In this document: positions 50,201 through 62,069 of the stretch, piece after piece | Position numbering within the stretch: position 1 is the stretch's first letter | How the letters are laid out: each line of letters starts with the position of its first letter | DNA from: Geosiphon pyriformis uo1 | Taxonomy: Eukaryota; Fungi; Glomeromycota | Direction: 5' to 3' | Assembly (NCBI GenBank): GCA_016748015.1 | Contig: JAAOMT010000299.1 | Coordinates: 912,791 to 976,790 of the forward strand | Length of the DNA stretch: 64,000 bases | Translations under genes and position numbers: made by a program | Notes under the pieces: model-generated | The model's database searches: none | What the model saw: only the letters and a program-made list of their open reading frames with translations | What the model was told of the DNA's origin: nothing

Positions 50201-51345
50201 GAAAAGACAGCACCACCCAAAGAACACTAGAATACTACTTTTGGCCTCGAATGAGAAAAGACATTCACGAATATGTTGAATTTTGTGATAGTTGTCAAAG
50301 AAAAAGAGGAACATGCCCTACTGAACCATTAAATCCAATCAAAGTTGGACAACTCTTTGACTGAGTTAGTATCAATTTAGTTGGACCATTATCTATTACC
50401 ACTTAAAGAAACTGTTATATTGCAGTAGCTATAGACTATCTTACTAAATGGCCTAAAGCCAGAGCCATTCAATGAACAGATGCAAAATCAGTAGCAAATT
50501 TCATCTATGAAGACATTATTTGTAGACATGGATGTCCAATTGAACTTTTATCCGATCAGAGAACACACTTTGTAAACAACCTGATACAAAAAATTTGCAA
50601 ACAATTCAATGTCAAAAGACCTCTGTCTTTACTCTACCATCCACAAACAAACGGACTTGTGGAATGTTTTAACAGAATATTGTGTGAGTCATTAGCCAAA
50701 GTCTCAACCAATTTTGAGCAAGAGTAAGATATCTTTATTCCATTAGTGTTACTAGCATATAGAACACTAAAACAAGATACCACAAAACACACACCATTTG
50801 ATTTAACTTATGGAAGGACAGCAACATTACCAATTAGTTTCACAGTAGAAACATACCCAGCACAACCAATCAATAAAAACAATTTCCAGAAAACACTACA
50901 ATGAAGAGTCTACACTCTGCTTAGCACATTGGAAAGAAAATGATGAATAGCAGCAACTCATATTGAACATTCTCAAGCTCAACAAAAAGAAAAACATGAC
51001 AACAAATTACCACCTATTACCAACAAATTTAAAGTTGGAAATAAAGTTTTCTTACACAGAACTAAAGCTAAAAAACAATGGAGTGGAAAATTTGAAAATA
51101 AATGGGATGGACCATTCTTTATCTATGAAATTCTAGACAACGGATCATACAAGTTAAGACTTGATGACAAAATCCTAGCAAAAGTTGCACATGGAAATCA
51201 TTTGAAACACTATAATTCCAGAAACAATCCTGAACCATTAATTCCACAAATTGGCACACATTCCCTTTTAATCAATCCCAAAGATATTCCCTGGAATTTA
51301 GAACCAATAGTTGTTATTGAACAACCTCCCAACTTAAACACTTAA
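44276..51345 (+). pseudogene. B1 single-frame gag-pol: extension, capsid, CCHC, protease, Zn-ribbon insert, dUTPase, RT, RNase H, integrase; many premature stops
   Basis: ORF pieces at 44276, 45128, 45398, 46313, 47123 and 47453 share one frame; one apparent 1-nt loss near 48960. Motifs CHYCRIPGHWKKDC, ILDSRS, GIIDAGY, FGLCNAPATFQR, YLDN, ATDVS, ELETAA, HSDPSSAH..CDSC, SDQ, WDGPF. No chromodomain seen. Confidence 0.95.
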
Positions 51346-51467
51346 TTTAAATTTATTATTATAGTTATCTTCTTATAATTTAAAAACAATCTCACAAAAA
51401 CAAAACAAAAATAACATAAAAACCCATACACCAAAAATAATTTTCTTTTATTTTCAAATCTCTTATA

Positions 51468-52186
51468 ATGACTATTCTTCAAAACATTTAACAATTATTC
51501 CAAAAACTAATGTAAGCTTTAAAAACAATACCCGAATTATCTATTACTATTACTGGAAACCACATTAATTATACCCAAACAGAAATAGTCACAAATTTAA
51601 CCCCAAATTCACGAAAATATCACCCATATAAAAAGAACACAAGAAGTTATTCTGGAATTCACCTGCCAGAACTTTTAAAGCTTGCTTTAAGAGAAAACTT
51701 AATGCTCACTTCTATTAGTATTCTACTGAATGCTACTATTCACAAAAACTTCAACTGTGTCTTAATGAAGAAAACTATGACTATATTCTAATATATAGAT
51801 ATTTCTACATTGGAAAAACACTTCATGAATAAAAACGGGAGCTTACAGCAGCAAACCTTACAAAAAAAGCTATTCGGAAACAACTCTACAATGAATTCAA
51901 GACAACAGCTAGACCTACAAACAGTCATTATAAACTAAGAGCTGCTCTTAGACTTTATGACCTATTTCACGCCTGTGAAAATGTCCTATAAAACCCAATT
52001 TTACAACCTTTGAAGATTCAATACATTGGAAAGCTCACAGAACTGAAATTTCAACAATTTTCAGACCAAATTTCTTCAATAATTTTGGATTATTATCTGG
52101 AAATTACAGACAGTACTTGGATTTCGACGGAGCTTAGTCTTGAGGAAGAGGTTATGTTACTAAATGAAATTAGAGATATTATTTAG
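51468..52186 (+). pseudogene. B1 ORF3 (about 240 codons, unknown function), reading through the PPT into the 3' LTR
   Basis: ATG 51468; reconstructed MTILQNIqQLFQKLM...YRYFYIGKTL...KLRAALRLYDLF...QYIGKLTELKF...EEEVMLLNEIRDII*. Confidence 0.78.
52142..52151 (+). promoter_or_regulatory. Polypurine tract of B1
   Basis: GAGGAAGAGG, 3 nt before the TGTTAC of the 3' LTR. Confidence 0.85.
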
Positions 52187-53123
52187 CATGAAATTATTGT
52201 TATAATTCCCATCATTAATTAACATATATTATCATTTCAAATTATTACTTATTACATTAGCAAAATGTCCAAAATTATCATTTAATTAATAATCCAATTT
52301 GTATATGACACAAATGTAACCTAATTGCAATGATCAATCATGCAATACCCCGAACTATGTAACATTCAAAAAGTTTACCGAAATAATTGATAGTTCACCA
52401 AAATATCTAATAGTTTGCAGAAATAATTTGTAGTTTGCCGAAATATATCTTTAGTTCAGCAAAATTGTAGAAAATAGCAAAGTTCGAGTTCATAGAATAG
52501 TATTACAACAAGTTGTATAAAAGAAGAGTGTCTCTCTTTAAGAAAATGTATCTTACTTCAGATTAAAAAACAATTAGAATAATCCTTTACACCCAAAAGA
52601 CAAATAAATATCAAATAATTTGAAAAGCCAAATTCTTAAATTATTTTTCTTGAAATTAACCAATTCCTACTAACAGTTTGAAATTGACTAGCTACCAATT
52701 TTGGTAAACTGTTAAAGCACTTCTAGGCCTGAATTCAAAATGACTTCTATAAATCATCAGTTTTACTTTTTCTTTTATATTTCTTTTATTTTTTTTCTTT
52801 TCTTATTATAAATCATTTGGGTAGCCTACAAACGAGAATTCTTGTAGAAAAGTTGACTTTCACAGCAAAGTAACTATACATTTTTAGTGAGCTTCCAGAC
52901 GAGCAATTTCTGGGAAAGAGTTGACATTTACTACAACGTAACTATACAAAGTAACTGGTATAGAATTGGCCATTCCACTTATAAGCCCAGCAGTTCAAAT
53001 TATAAGAAATAATTTGAAAATAAATTCAGTTACTGGAGGTTCAATCACATCCAGAAAATGAGAATCCACAGCAAACAGACATTAACAACATTTAAAAAAA
53101 GAGACCAAAAACCTCTGGTAACA
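52155..53123 (+). repeat. B1 3' LTR
   Basis: TGTTAC...GGTAACA, 969 bp. Confidence 0.96.
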
Positions 53124-56100
53124 ACAGGCAATATTTTTGCCTTTGGTTAAAATAGCTTAGTTAGTATTAGTAGAAAACTAGAAAAAATTAAAGATTACAA
53201 CTAAAAGGATTAATAGATTTGGATCAACAGAAAGAATAGACATACTCATTAACATAACAGAGGAAAAAGTTGTTAACAAGAAAGAAATTATCTTCACCCA
53301 TTAATCAATTTCTATTTTACCATATGACCAGTATATGTTAGCCATAAAGAGAAAAGTAAAAGATCAGATTCAGATTTTTGAAGCAGAAACAACACTTTGT
53401 GAATCAAGAAAAATTAAATTAGTCAATCTATACATACCAGCCAAGAACCACAGTCACATTAAAATTTCCATTTACAACAACACAGAAAATGTCATTGAAA
53501 TACCAGAAGGAACCAATATTGGATATTTAACCACCAAAATCAAAAACTAACCACCAAACCCCATTCCAGACTTTTCACAACTGTGTAGATATGTCAACAT
53601 AACATCACAAACTATCTATGGATAGAATGAATGTTATTTGTTTTAATCTGAACAATTGAAACAAATGAACATAGGAAACTTAGATCCACTTTAATATATA
53701 CAACTCAAAATATTACTCAACAACTTTACTAACATCTTTGCAAGTAAAAATGAATTTGGCAGAACTGACATAATTCAGCACCAAATTAAAACTGAAGATA
53801 CAATGCCAATTAAACAAAGAGCATATCAGGTACTATCAACCAGCCATAAAATCATTCATTAAAAAATCAATTAGATGTTAAATAATGGGCTAATTCAGCC
53901 ATCAATAAGCTCATAGTTATTACCAGTGGTACTAGTACATAAGAAAAATGGGAAAATTTGTTTTTGTGTGAATTACAGAAAACTCAATGATGTAACTCAT
54001 GGAGACAGTTATTCAACTCCATAGATTCAGGAATTATTTGATGCTTTTGGAGAAAAGAAATGATTCTCAACATTAGATCTAAATAGTGGTTACTGGCAAG
54101 TAGCCATGAATTCAGAAGATAAAAAAAAAACAGTGTTCACTATGAGAGAAAGGAATTTTAAATTTGAAGTGATGCCATTTGGCTTAACCAATGCACCAGC
54201 TACATTCCAATGACTAATGAAAATTGTTTACACCAGACTGCTATAGAAATTAGTAGTTATGTATTTAGATAACACCAATATGTTCTCAAAAACATTCAAT
54301 GATTATTTCTATCATCTTTAGCAAGTGTTTAAAAGATTTAAAAAATCAGAATTAAAATTAAATGCAACCAAGTATTTTTTCAGCAAAACAGAACTCAAGT
54401 TTTTGAAACATGTTGTAAGCAAAGAAGGCATTAAAACAGATCCAGATAAAATTGAAAGTTTTTTCTAGTACTCACCAACCTGACTGAGCTATAAGCATTC
54501 TTGGAATTTACAAGATACTATTGTCACTTTATCAAGAACTTTTTCAAACTAGCTCAACTATTATATCATCTACAAATCAAAAATATTAAATATAAATGAA
54601 CTGAAACACAACAAGAAACTTTTGACACACTAAGAAAAAAGCTTATTCAAGCTCCAGTACTGATCTATCCAGATCATAGCAAACTATTTATCATTACCAC
54701 TAATACATCAGATCAAGCATTGGAAGCAGTACTATTACAAAAAGAATCAGATAGAAGAGAACATCCAATAGCATATGCCAGCTGAAGCTTAAAGCCAACC
54801 AAAAAAAACTATAGAACACCAACACTAAAACACTTAACAATTTATTGAGCTGTTATAAAATAAAAAAAATACTTAAGCCAGAAATTTGAGATGCACACTG
54901 ACCACAAAGAATTGACTTCAATCTAGAAGCAAAAATTTGGAGATGATTGACATATAAGATAGAAAATAGCACTTTTATCATATACTTTTACAGTACATTA
55001 TAAAAAAAGAAAAAAAATGGAAATGCCAACAGTTTGTTGCAAATAAAACAAATCTGAACATTTTAACCCAAAAATATAACAAAAGATAAACACACAAAAA
55101 TATCAACAACTCCAGCATTATATAAATACTTAACAGTTTAAGGAGAAATTATCTCAAAAGAAACAAAACAACATAAAACAACAATCAAAATATTTTATCA
55201 ACTATCAAAATATACTTTACCAAAAAAACAAAAGAAATCCAGATCAACCAATAAGAGTAATTACAGAACCAGAGAAAGAAACAATATTGTTCAACATGCA
55301 TTTAAATCCAACAGCAGAACATTTTTGTAAAGAAGCAATTATAGAAAAAATTAGAAAAAGATACTATTGGCCATCCATGTATCCAGACATCATTTAATTG
55401 TTCAAAATTGTGATACTTGTTAGAGAAAAAGAAAAACAAGACCCAATAAACCATTAAAACCAATTAAAGTTAGACAACCATTTGATTGTATTGGAATTGA
55501 CTTAGTTGGACCATTAACAATTACCAGTAGAGACAACAGATATATTACAGTAATTATGAATTATCTTACTAAATGGCCAGAAGCAAAAGCTATTCAAGAA
55601 GTGGATGCAGAATCTATTGCCAAATTTGTTCATCAAGATCTAATTTGCCAACACGGATGTCCAAAAAAACTACTATTAGATCAAAGAACTCACTTTGTAA
55701 ACAAAACACTAGCAGAATTAAGTCAAAGATTTGGAATCAAAAGACTATTATTATTACCTTATCATCCACAAACAAATGGGTTAATTGAAAAGTTTAACAG
55801 AATATTGTGTAAAACAATTGCCAAAATCAGTCAAAAAAACCAGGATAAATGGAATTTGTTTATACCATCAGTATTATTTGCTTATTGAACAATAAAGCAA
55901 GACACCATACAAGCAACTCTATTTAAATTAGTATATGATAGAACAACAAAATTACCAGTTAAGATAAAAGTCAACATATATCTAACAGAACCAATAACTG
56001 AAGACAATTTTCAAAAAACATTGCTAAGAAAAACATATGACTTGATAGAAACTCTAGAAAACAAATGATAAAAAGCAGCTGATAACATCTAAAAGTCACA

Positions 56101-56467
56101 AGAAAAACAAAAAAAAAGACATAATAACCAACTACCAGATAAATTAATTGAATTCAAGATTGGAAACAAAGTACTTTTACATCATACCAAAGTGAAAAAA
56201 CAATGGAGTAGAAAATTTGACCTCAAATGGGATGGACCATTTTACATAGAAGAAATTCTAGAAAATGGAGCTTATAAATTATAATGAGACAACAAAATCT
56301 TAGCCAAAGCAGCACATAGTGATTGACTGAAACCATATCACCATATAGTATCATTATTTACCAATAATATATCACAACTGGGAGTACAATAAATACTAGT
56401 CCAACCAGATGAAATTCCATAAGATTTAGAACCAATTATAATTATTGAACCAAACATGTTAAATTGA
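53124..56467 (+). pseudogene. A4 dUTPase C-half, RT, RNase H and integrase (disrupted)
   Basis: [49 protein letters not shown]. Confidence 0.92.
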
Positions 56468-56529
56468 ACAACCAAAAAGGTATATAAAGACATGATATAT
56501 GTAACAAAGACAACAAAAAAAAAATAAAA

Positions 56530-57156
56530 ATTACCAACAATATACACACACTGGCACAACAACTCTTCCAACTGATTCAACAACAGAACATGAAAATTAT
56601 CATTAACTAACAAACCATTCGATATAAAAATACAAAGAAAAAACCTCAACACAAAAAACAGAGAAAACCAGAAAATATCATTGATAAAATAATAACAAAA
56701 ATCAAAATGGCAATAGAAATATAAATAGAAGGTGTACTATATCAAGAGTTGACAATAGAAACATGGAATTAGTAAATACAACAATTTCCAAAAAACTTTT
56801 GTTATTTTCATTTAAAACAATACCTGAATATCTAGAACTTATATATGGATAAGACAAAGCAATTATTCAATCCAAAGATATTATAACAACTTGAACAATT
56901 TGTGAAAAAAAACAATTTAACCACACAAGCATGAGTCATCTATCAATTACAAATTGGATTTCAAGACTAACCAAAAATTTTACTTAATCCAACAATGAAC
57001 ACTATTACTATTAACCAAATGGAAAAAATAATCAATGTCTAATTCAAAAAATTACAGAACAAGATAACACAAGTAATTATCAAAAAAGAAGTTCAAGATA
57101 TAATTCAATCTGGAGAATTAGAGAAATTAGGAGATCTCAATGGAGCTCAATATTAA
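56530..57156 (+). pseudogene. A4 ORF3, distant homolog of family B ORF3 (start uncertain)
   Basis: One frame interrupted only by stops: ITNNIHTLAQQLFQLIQ...CYFHLKQYL...A*VIYQL...ILLNPTM..ITINQMEKI. Confidence 0.65.
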
Positions 57157-57540
57157 AAAGAAAAAATAATATTACTCATAAAATATAGGAAGTATATTAG
57201 TATATAAATTAGCCAATCAAAGGAAGATGTAGTAAATGTGAAATTCCAGAATTCCTCTTAAAAAAATTGCAAAATTTCAGAAATTTTAGGATTCTTGTAT
57301 GAGAAATTACAGGATTCCAGAATTCCAGAATTCTTCTCAAAGAAATTGCAGGATTTTTGGTGTAAAGAATTAAGGAATTGAGAAATCTCAATTATATATA
57401 TATAGTAATAGTATTAGAAATAGAAAAGACAGACCTTTGAGTTAAGATTTAATCTAAGCAACCTTCCAATTCACAAATAGTAATAAATAATTATTTGTTA
57501 TTTTAATCTACTCTCTACTATTAACACTTTATGTTAATAG

Positions 57541-58276
57541 TATTACAAGTTGAAATAACAAGCTAATAGATAGCAAAGGAGAACAGAATTGTAAGGTGAT
57601 GGAAATAATCAAAGGGAATTCAACTTCAAAGAGCGAATTGAATAAGTATGAATTTAATGTGTGAGATCAGTTTTATAAAATATTTCAGTCACTATTCTTT
57701 TTAAAAGATAACTGGGAAATCTGAAGATAAAAGAATAGTCTGTACTGTCAACAAATGATCATACTTGGTATAATTCTATGCCTCATGTTGGTGCTCTTAA
57801 AATTCAATATCAAATATCAAATGTGCTTTTCAGTTACATTTTATTCAATAATCTTCAAATGCTACACTTATACATTTCAGGAAAAGGGTAAAAATTAACC
57901 AACAAGTAATCTTTTATCCCAGAATGTTCAGATACTTGAATGTAGGAAAAGAGAAATTAGTGATAAGAGAATGATTGAGATGAAAGTTGTTATTTTATTT
58001 ATTCTTAATTATTTTGAACATGCTTTTCTACAGCTAAAAAATTTATCACTTATATAGTTATCAAAAGTGGTCAATGATTAAATCAACAACTAGGTCAATA
58101 ATCAGGTTAATGGTTAAGTCAATAATTAGGTCATTGATCAGATCAATAATCAGGTTAATAGTCAGATTATTGATCAGATCAATAATCACTATCTAAAAAT
58201 AGAATGACTAATTTATATGACATCAGTAGCTAATATATGTGATAATTAATAAGAAGTATAAATTTCAATCATAACA
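57541..58276 (-). mobile_element. Solo LTR, type D (736 bp), inside the A4 3' LTR
   Basis: TATTAC...ATAACA termini; TSD ATAG (57537-57540 and 58277-58280); absent from the A4 5' LTR. Orientation inferred from TATATAAG following the repeat array on the minus strand. Confidence 0.88.
58069..58188. repeat. 10 x 12-bp tandem repeat (consensus GGTCAATAATCA) in U3 of LTR D
   Basis: Ten consecutive in-register 12-mers, e.g. ggtcaatgatta, ggtcaataatca, ggtcattgatca, gatcaataatca. Confidence 0.9.
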
Positions 58277-58749
58277 ATAGTATCAAATACTTAACCACAC
58301 TAGAACAATAACTCTTAATTACAGCTATTGACAGGATACTAACTTTAATTGCCTTGGCTTATTTTGCTTTATTGTCTTTATTTCTTTTATTTTCTTTTAT
58401 TTTTCTCTTTTATTGTTGTTTTACTAATTGATTAAGGATTAAAAACACTGAGTTACAGATGTCATAAGGATTGGTAAAAGACCCATAAAACAAATATAGA
58501 AAACTTATAGATTTGAGGATAGCTTACCAGGAGAATTACTAGTTACTATGCTGAGAAAAAAATTTGATGGAATTGCAATTCCAGGAGGCTACTAAAAACA
58601 ATTATTGAATCTCTGTTCATTATACAAAGAACTTAACCAAAATCTTTAAATACAAACAACCTATAAATATTACCAATATTATTAAGTAAATTAACACCAA
58701 GTTATAGGTCTGTTATTTGATTTGAGACCCCAAATAATTACCTGTAACA

Positions 58750-61700
58750 ACATTACAAATCAGGAAAACTACACACCAATATTGATAGTCTTTTAAGAAT
58801 AAGACAAGATTAACATTAACAACAATCTCATTACAACTTACCAACCTAACAACAAAAATAACCAAACAACAATAGATCCCAAAAATTACAACAATATTAA
58901 AAACTATTTGGAGACTCTTACTATGCCAGAAAATTAGTCTTCAAGTAAAAAAATCGATTACAACACCAATTAAAACAATATTTCATACACCATAACAAAA
59001 TCTATTATAAAAATTACAGAAATCCAAACCAATTACTCAGATTAGTACAAGAAAATAAAAAAGAAACAATTCTATACAACATGCATACAGATCCTTTTTT
59101 AGCACACTTGGAAAGAGATAGAACAATTCAAAGAATCTTTGAACATTATTTTTGGCTTCACATGCAAAAAGACATTTAACAATATGTAAAATCTTGTAAT
59201 AGTTGTTAAAAAAGGGAAGGAACTTGCCTTACAGAACCTTTAAATCCAATCAAAGTTGAACAATCTTTTAACAGAGTTGAAATTAACTTAGTCAAATTAT
59301 TACCTATTACAACCCAAGAAAATTGTTATATTGCAGTTGCAGTAGATTATCTTACCAAATGATCTGAAGTTAGAGCCATCCAAAGAGCAGATGCAAAATC
59401 AATAGTAAATTTCATCTATGAAGACATTATTTGTAGACATAAATGCCCAATTGAGCTTTTATCTAATCAAAAAACACATTTTGTGAACAACTTAATACAA
59501 AAAATTTGTGAACAATTTAATGTCAAAAGATTTCTATTATTATCTTATTACTCTTAAACAAATAAACTTGTAAAACATTTTAACAGAACATTGTGTGAAT
59601 TTTTAGCTAAAGTCTCAACAGATTTTGAGCAGAAATGAAATATATTTATTCCATTAGTGTTACTAGCATACAAAACACTAAAACAAGATACAACAAAACA
59701 CACACTATTTGATCTGACTTATGGAAGAACAGCAACATTACCAATTAATTTTACAGTAAAAATATATCCAGTACAACCAATTAATGAAAAAAACTTCCAA
59801 AAAACACTTCAAAAAAAAGCTTACATTCTTCTTAGTATATTAGAAGAAAAAAAACAAATAGCAGTCACTCATATTGAATACTTTCAAGCCCAACAAAAAA
59901 AAAAGCATAATAACAAATTGCCACTAACTACCAAAAAGTTGGAAATAAAGTTTTTTTACACAAAACTAAGGCTGAAAAACAATAGAGTAAAAAATTTGAA
60001 CATAAATAGAATAGACTATTCTACATCTATGAAATTTTAGACAATAGATCATACAAGTTAAGACTTAATAACAAAGTACTAACAAAAGTTACATATGGAG
60101 ATTGATTAAAACACTATCATTTCAGAAACAATCCTGAACCATTAATTTTACAAATTGGTACACATTTCTTTTTAATTAATCCTGAAGATATTCCCTGAAA
60201 TTTAGAACCAATAGTTATAATAGAACAACAACCAAACTTAAATATTTAATTTAACATTTTTACAATAATCTCTTTAAAAAAAAAATACACAAAACATAAA
60301 AATAATAAATAATTACAAGAAATATTCAAACCCAAAAACAAATAAAACCCTATACTCAAAAATAATTTTTCTTATTCTTTTTCAAAATTTTATTAGTTAA
60401 TCATTTTTATTATGATTATTTCTCGAAATATTCAACAAATATCCCAAAAATTAATGTTAGCTTTGAAAACACTTTTTAACTTATCTATAATAATTAATAA
60501 AAGTCAAATTAATTACATCCAAAAAGAAATCACAACACCAGTAGTAAATAATTCTCAGAATTATTACTTTTATAGAAGAAAAACAAAAGAGCATTCTGGA
60601 AATTAATTACAAGAACTTTTGAAGCAAGCACTAAAAGAAAACCTTTTAATTACTCCTATTGATATTTCACCAAATGCCACAATTCAACAAAAACTTCTAC
60701 TATTTCTTAATAAACAAAACAATGAATATACTCTTATTTATAGATATTTTTATATTAAAAAAACACTTTATGAATGAAAACTAGAGCTTGAAGCAACAAA
60801 CATTATTTCTGAAGCTATACAAAAACAAATTCACAATGAATTTAAGACAACAACTAGACCAACAAACACTTATTATAAACTTAGAGCAGTATTTAGATTC
60901 TATGATTTATTTAACATTTGTAAAAATGTTTTACAAAATTCAATACTTCATTCAATCAAAATTTAATACATTAAAAAACTTACAGAACTGAAATTTCAAC
61001 AGTTTTCAGACCAAATCATTTCAATTATTTTGGACCACTATCTTGATATTACAGATAATGCTTGGACTTTGATAGAGTTTAGTCTTAAGAAGGAGATTAT
61101 GTTATCAATAGAATTTTAGCTATTAATTAGCATGAAATTATCTTTATAATTCCTATTATTAATTAGTATATACTATTATTATTTTGATTATTACTTATAA
61201 TTTAATCAAATTATCAAATATCATTACTTAATTAATAATCCAATTTGTACCATAAAATTAAGATGATCAAATTACACAATACCTTAAACCATTTAATATA
61301 GTCAAAATTCGTCGAAATTAATGAAAATTGGCCGAAATAATCAATAGTTTGTAGAAATAACTTGTAGTTTACCAAAATATATCTTTAGTTTACCAAAATT
61401 AGAGCAAAAAAAAAAGTGCAAGTTCAAAGACTAGTATTACAACAAGTTGTATAAAAAAAGAGCTTCTTTCTTCAAGAAAATGTATTTTTTTATAATATTT
61501 TACCATAGTATCTTATTTTAGATATCTTAATTAGAACAAATTATCTTTTACATATCCTAAATAAAAATTGAATATTCAAAAGCCAAATTTTTTGATTATT
61601 ACACTTGAAATTCTCTCAACACAATTAACATTTTGAAATTGATTAACTATCAATTTCAGTAATCTGTTAGTGACTTTAAGCCTGAATAGAATAACGTTTT

Positions 61701-62069
61701 CCTTGACACAATTTTATTTTTTTTATATTTTTTATATTTTATTTTATTTTCTTATTTTAATTATTCGAATAGCCTACAGACAAGATTCTTGTAGAAAAGT
61801 TGACTTTTACAACAAAGTAACTACACATTTTTAGTGAGCTTCTAGATAAGCAATTTTTGGGAAAAAGTTAACATTTATTACAATATAACTACACAAGCAA
61901 CTGGTATGGAATTAGCCATTCTACTTGTAAGTCCAGCAGCTCAAATTATAAAAAATAATTTGAAGATAATTTCAGTTATTGGAGGTTCAACTACTTTTTC
62001 TAGTCATGAATTCACAACAAATAGACATTAACAATATTTAAAAAAAGAGACCAAAAACCTCCAATAATA
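58750..62069 (+). mobile_element. Gypsy family B2 3' portion: RNase H end, integrase, ORF3 (60412-61119), PPT, 3' LTR 61100-62069
   Basis: Begins HYKSGKLHTNIDSL immediately after the A4 3' LTR; colinear with 49845-53123. Confidence 0.92.

Larger units (their letters stand above)
43263..53123 (+). mobile_element. Structurally complete Gypsy family B element (B1, 9861 bp) inserted in the A4 dUTPase
   Basis: Two 969-bp LTRs; TSD ACAG (43259-43262 and 53124-53127); removal restores host EKIAQAIFLP; PBS and PPT present. Confidence 0.97.
38371..58749 (+). mobile_element. Gypsy family A copy A4, near full length (5' LTR truncated), hosting nested B1 and a solo LTR
   Basis: 5' LTR remnant 38371-38990, PBS TTTGGTGCTCCC at 38991, gag, protease, dUTPase split at 43262/53124, RT, RNase H, integrase, ORF3, 3' LTR 57170-58749. 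Confidence 0.94.
57170..58749 (+). repeat. A4 3' LTR (contains a 736-bp nested insertion)
   Basis: Matches 6387-7212 (reverse complement) and 38371-38990; ends CCTGTAACA. Confidence 0.92.

Noticed and set aside
44276-51345. Alternative genetic code or programmed readthrough explaining the in-frame stops
   Set aside because: All three stop types occur, at different positions in different copies, replacing Trp, Gln and Arg codons; this is C>T/G>A decay.
51468-52186. ORF3 as an envelope gene
   Set aside because: No signal peptide, transmembrane helix or Cys pattern, and it is short for Env.
58069-58188. Possible CRISPR-like array (also 11490-11630)
   Set aside because: Contiguous 12- or 20-bp units with no unique spacers, inside LTRs, and no cas genes.
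34923-62069. A giant TIR transposon bounded by 3.3-kb inverted repeats
   Set aside because: The arms are ordinary Gypsy 3' halves with different flanks and no shared TSD, and no transposase or polymerase is present.
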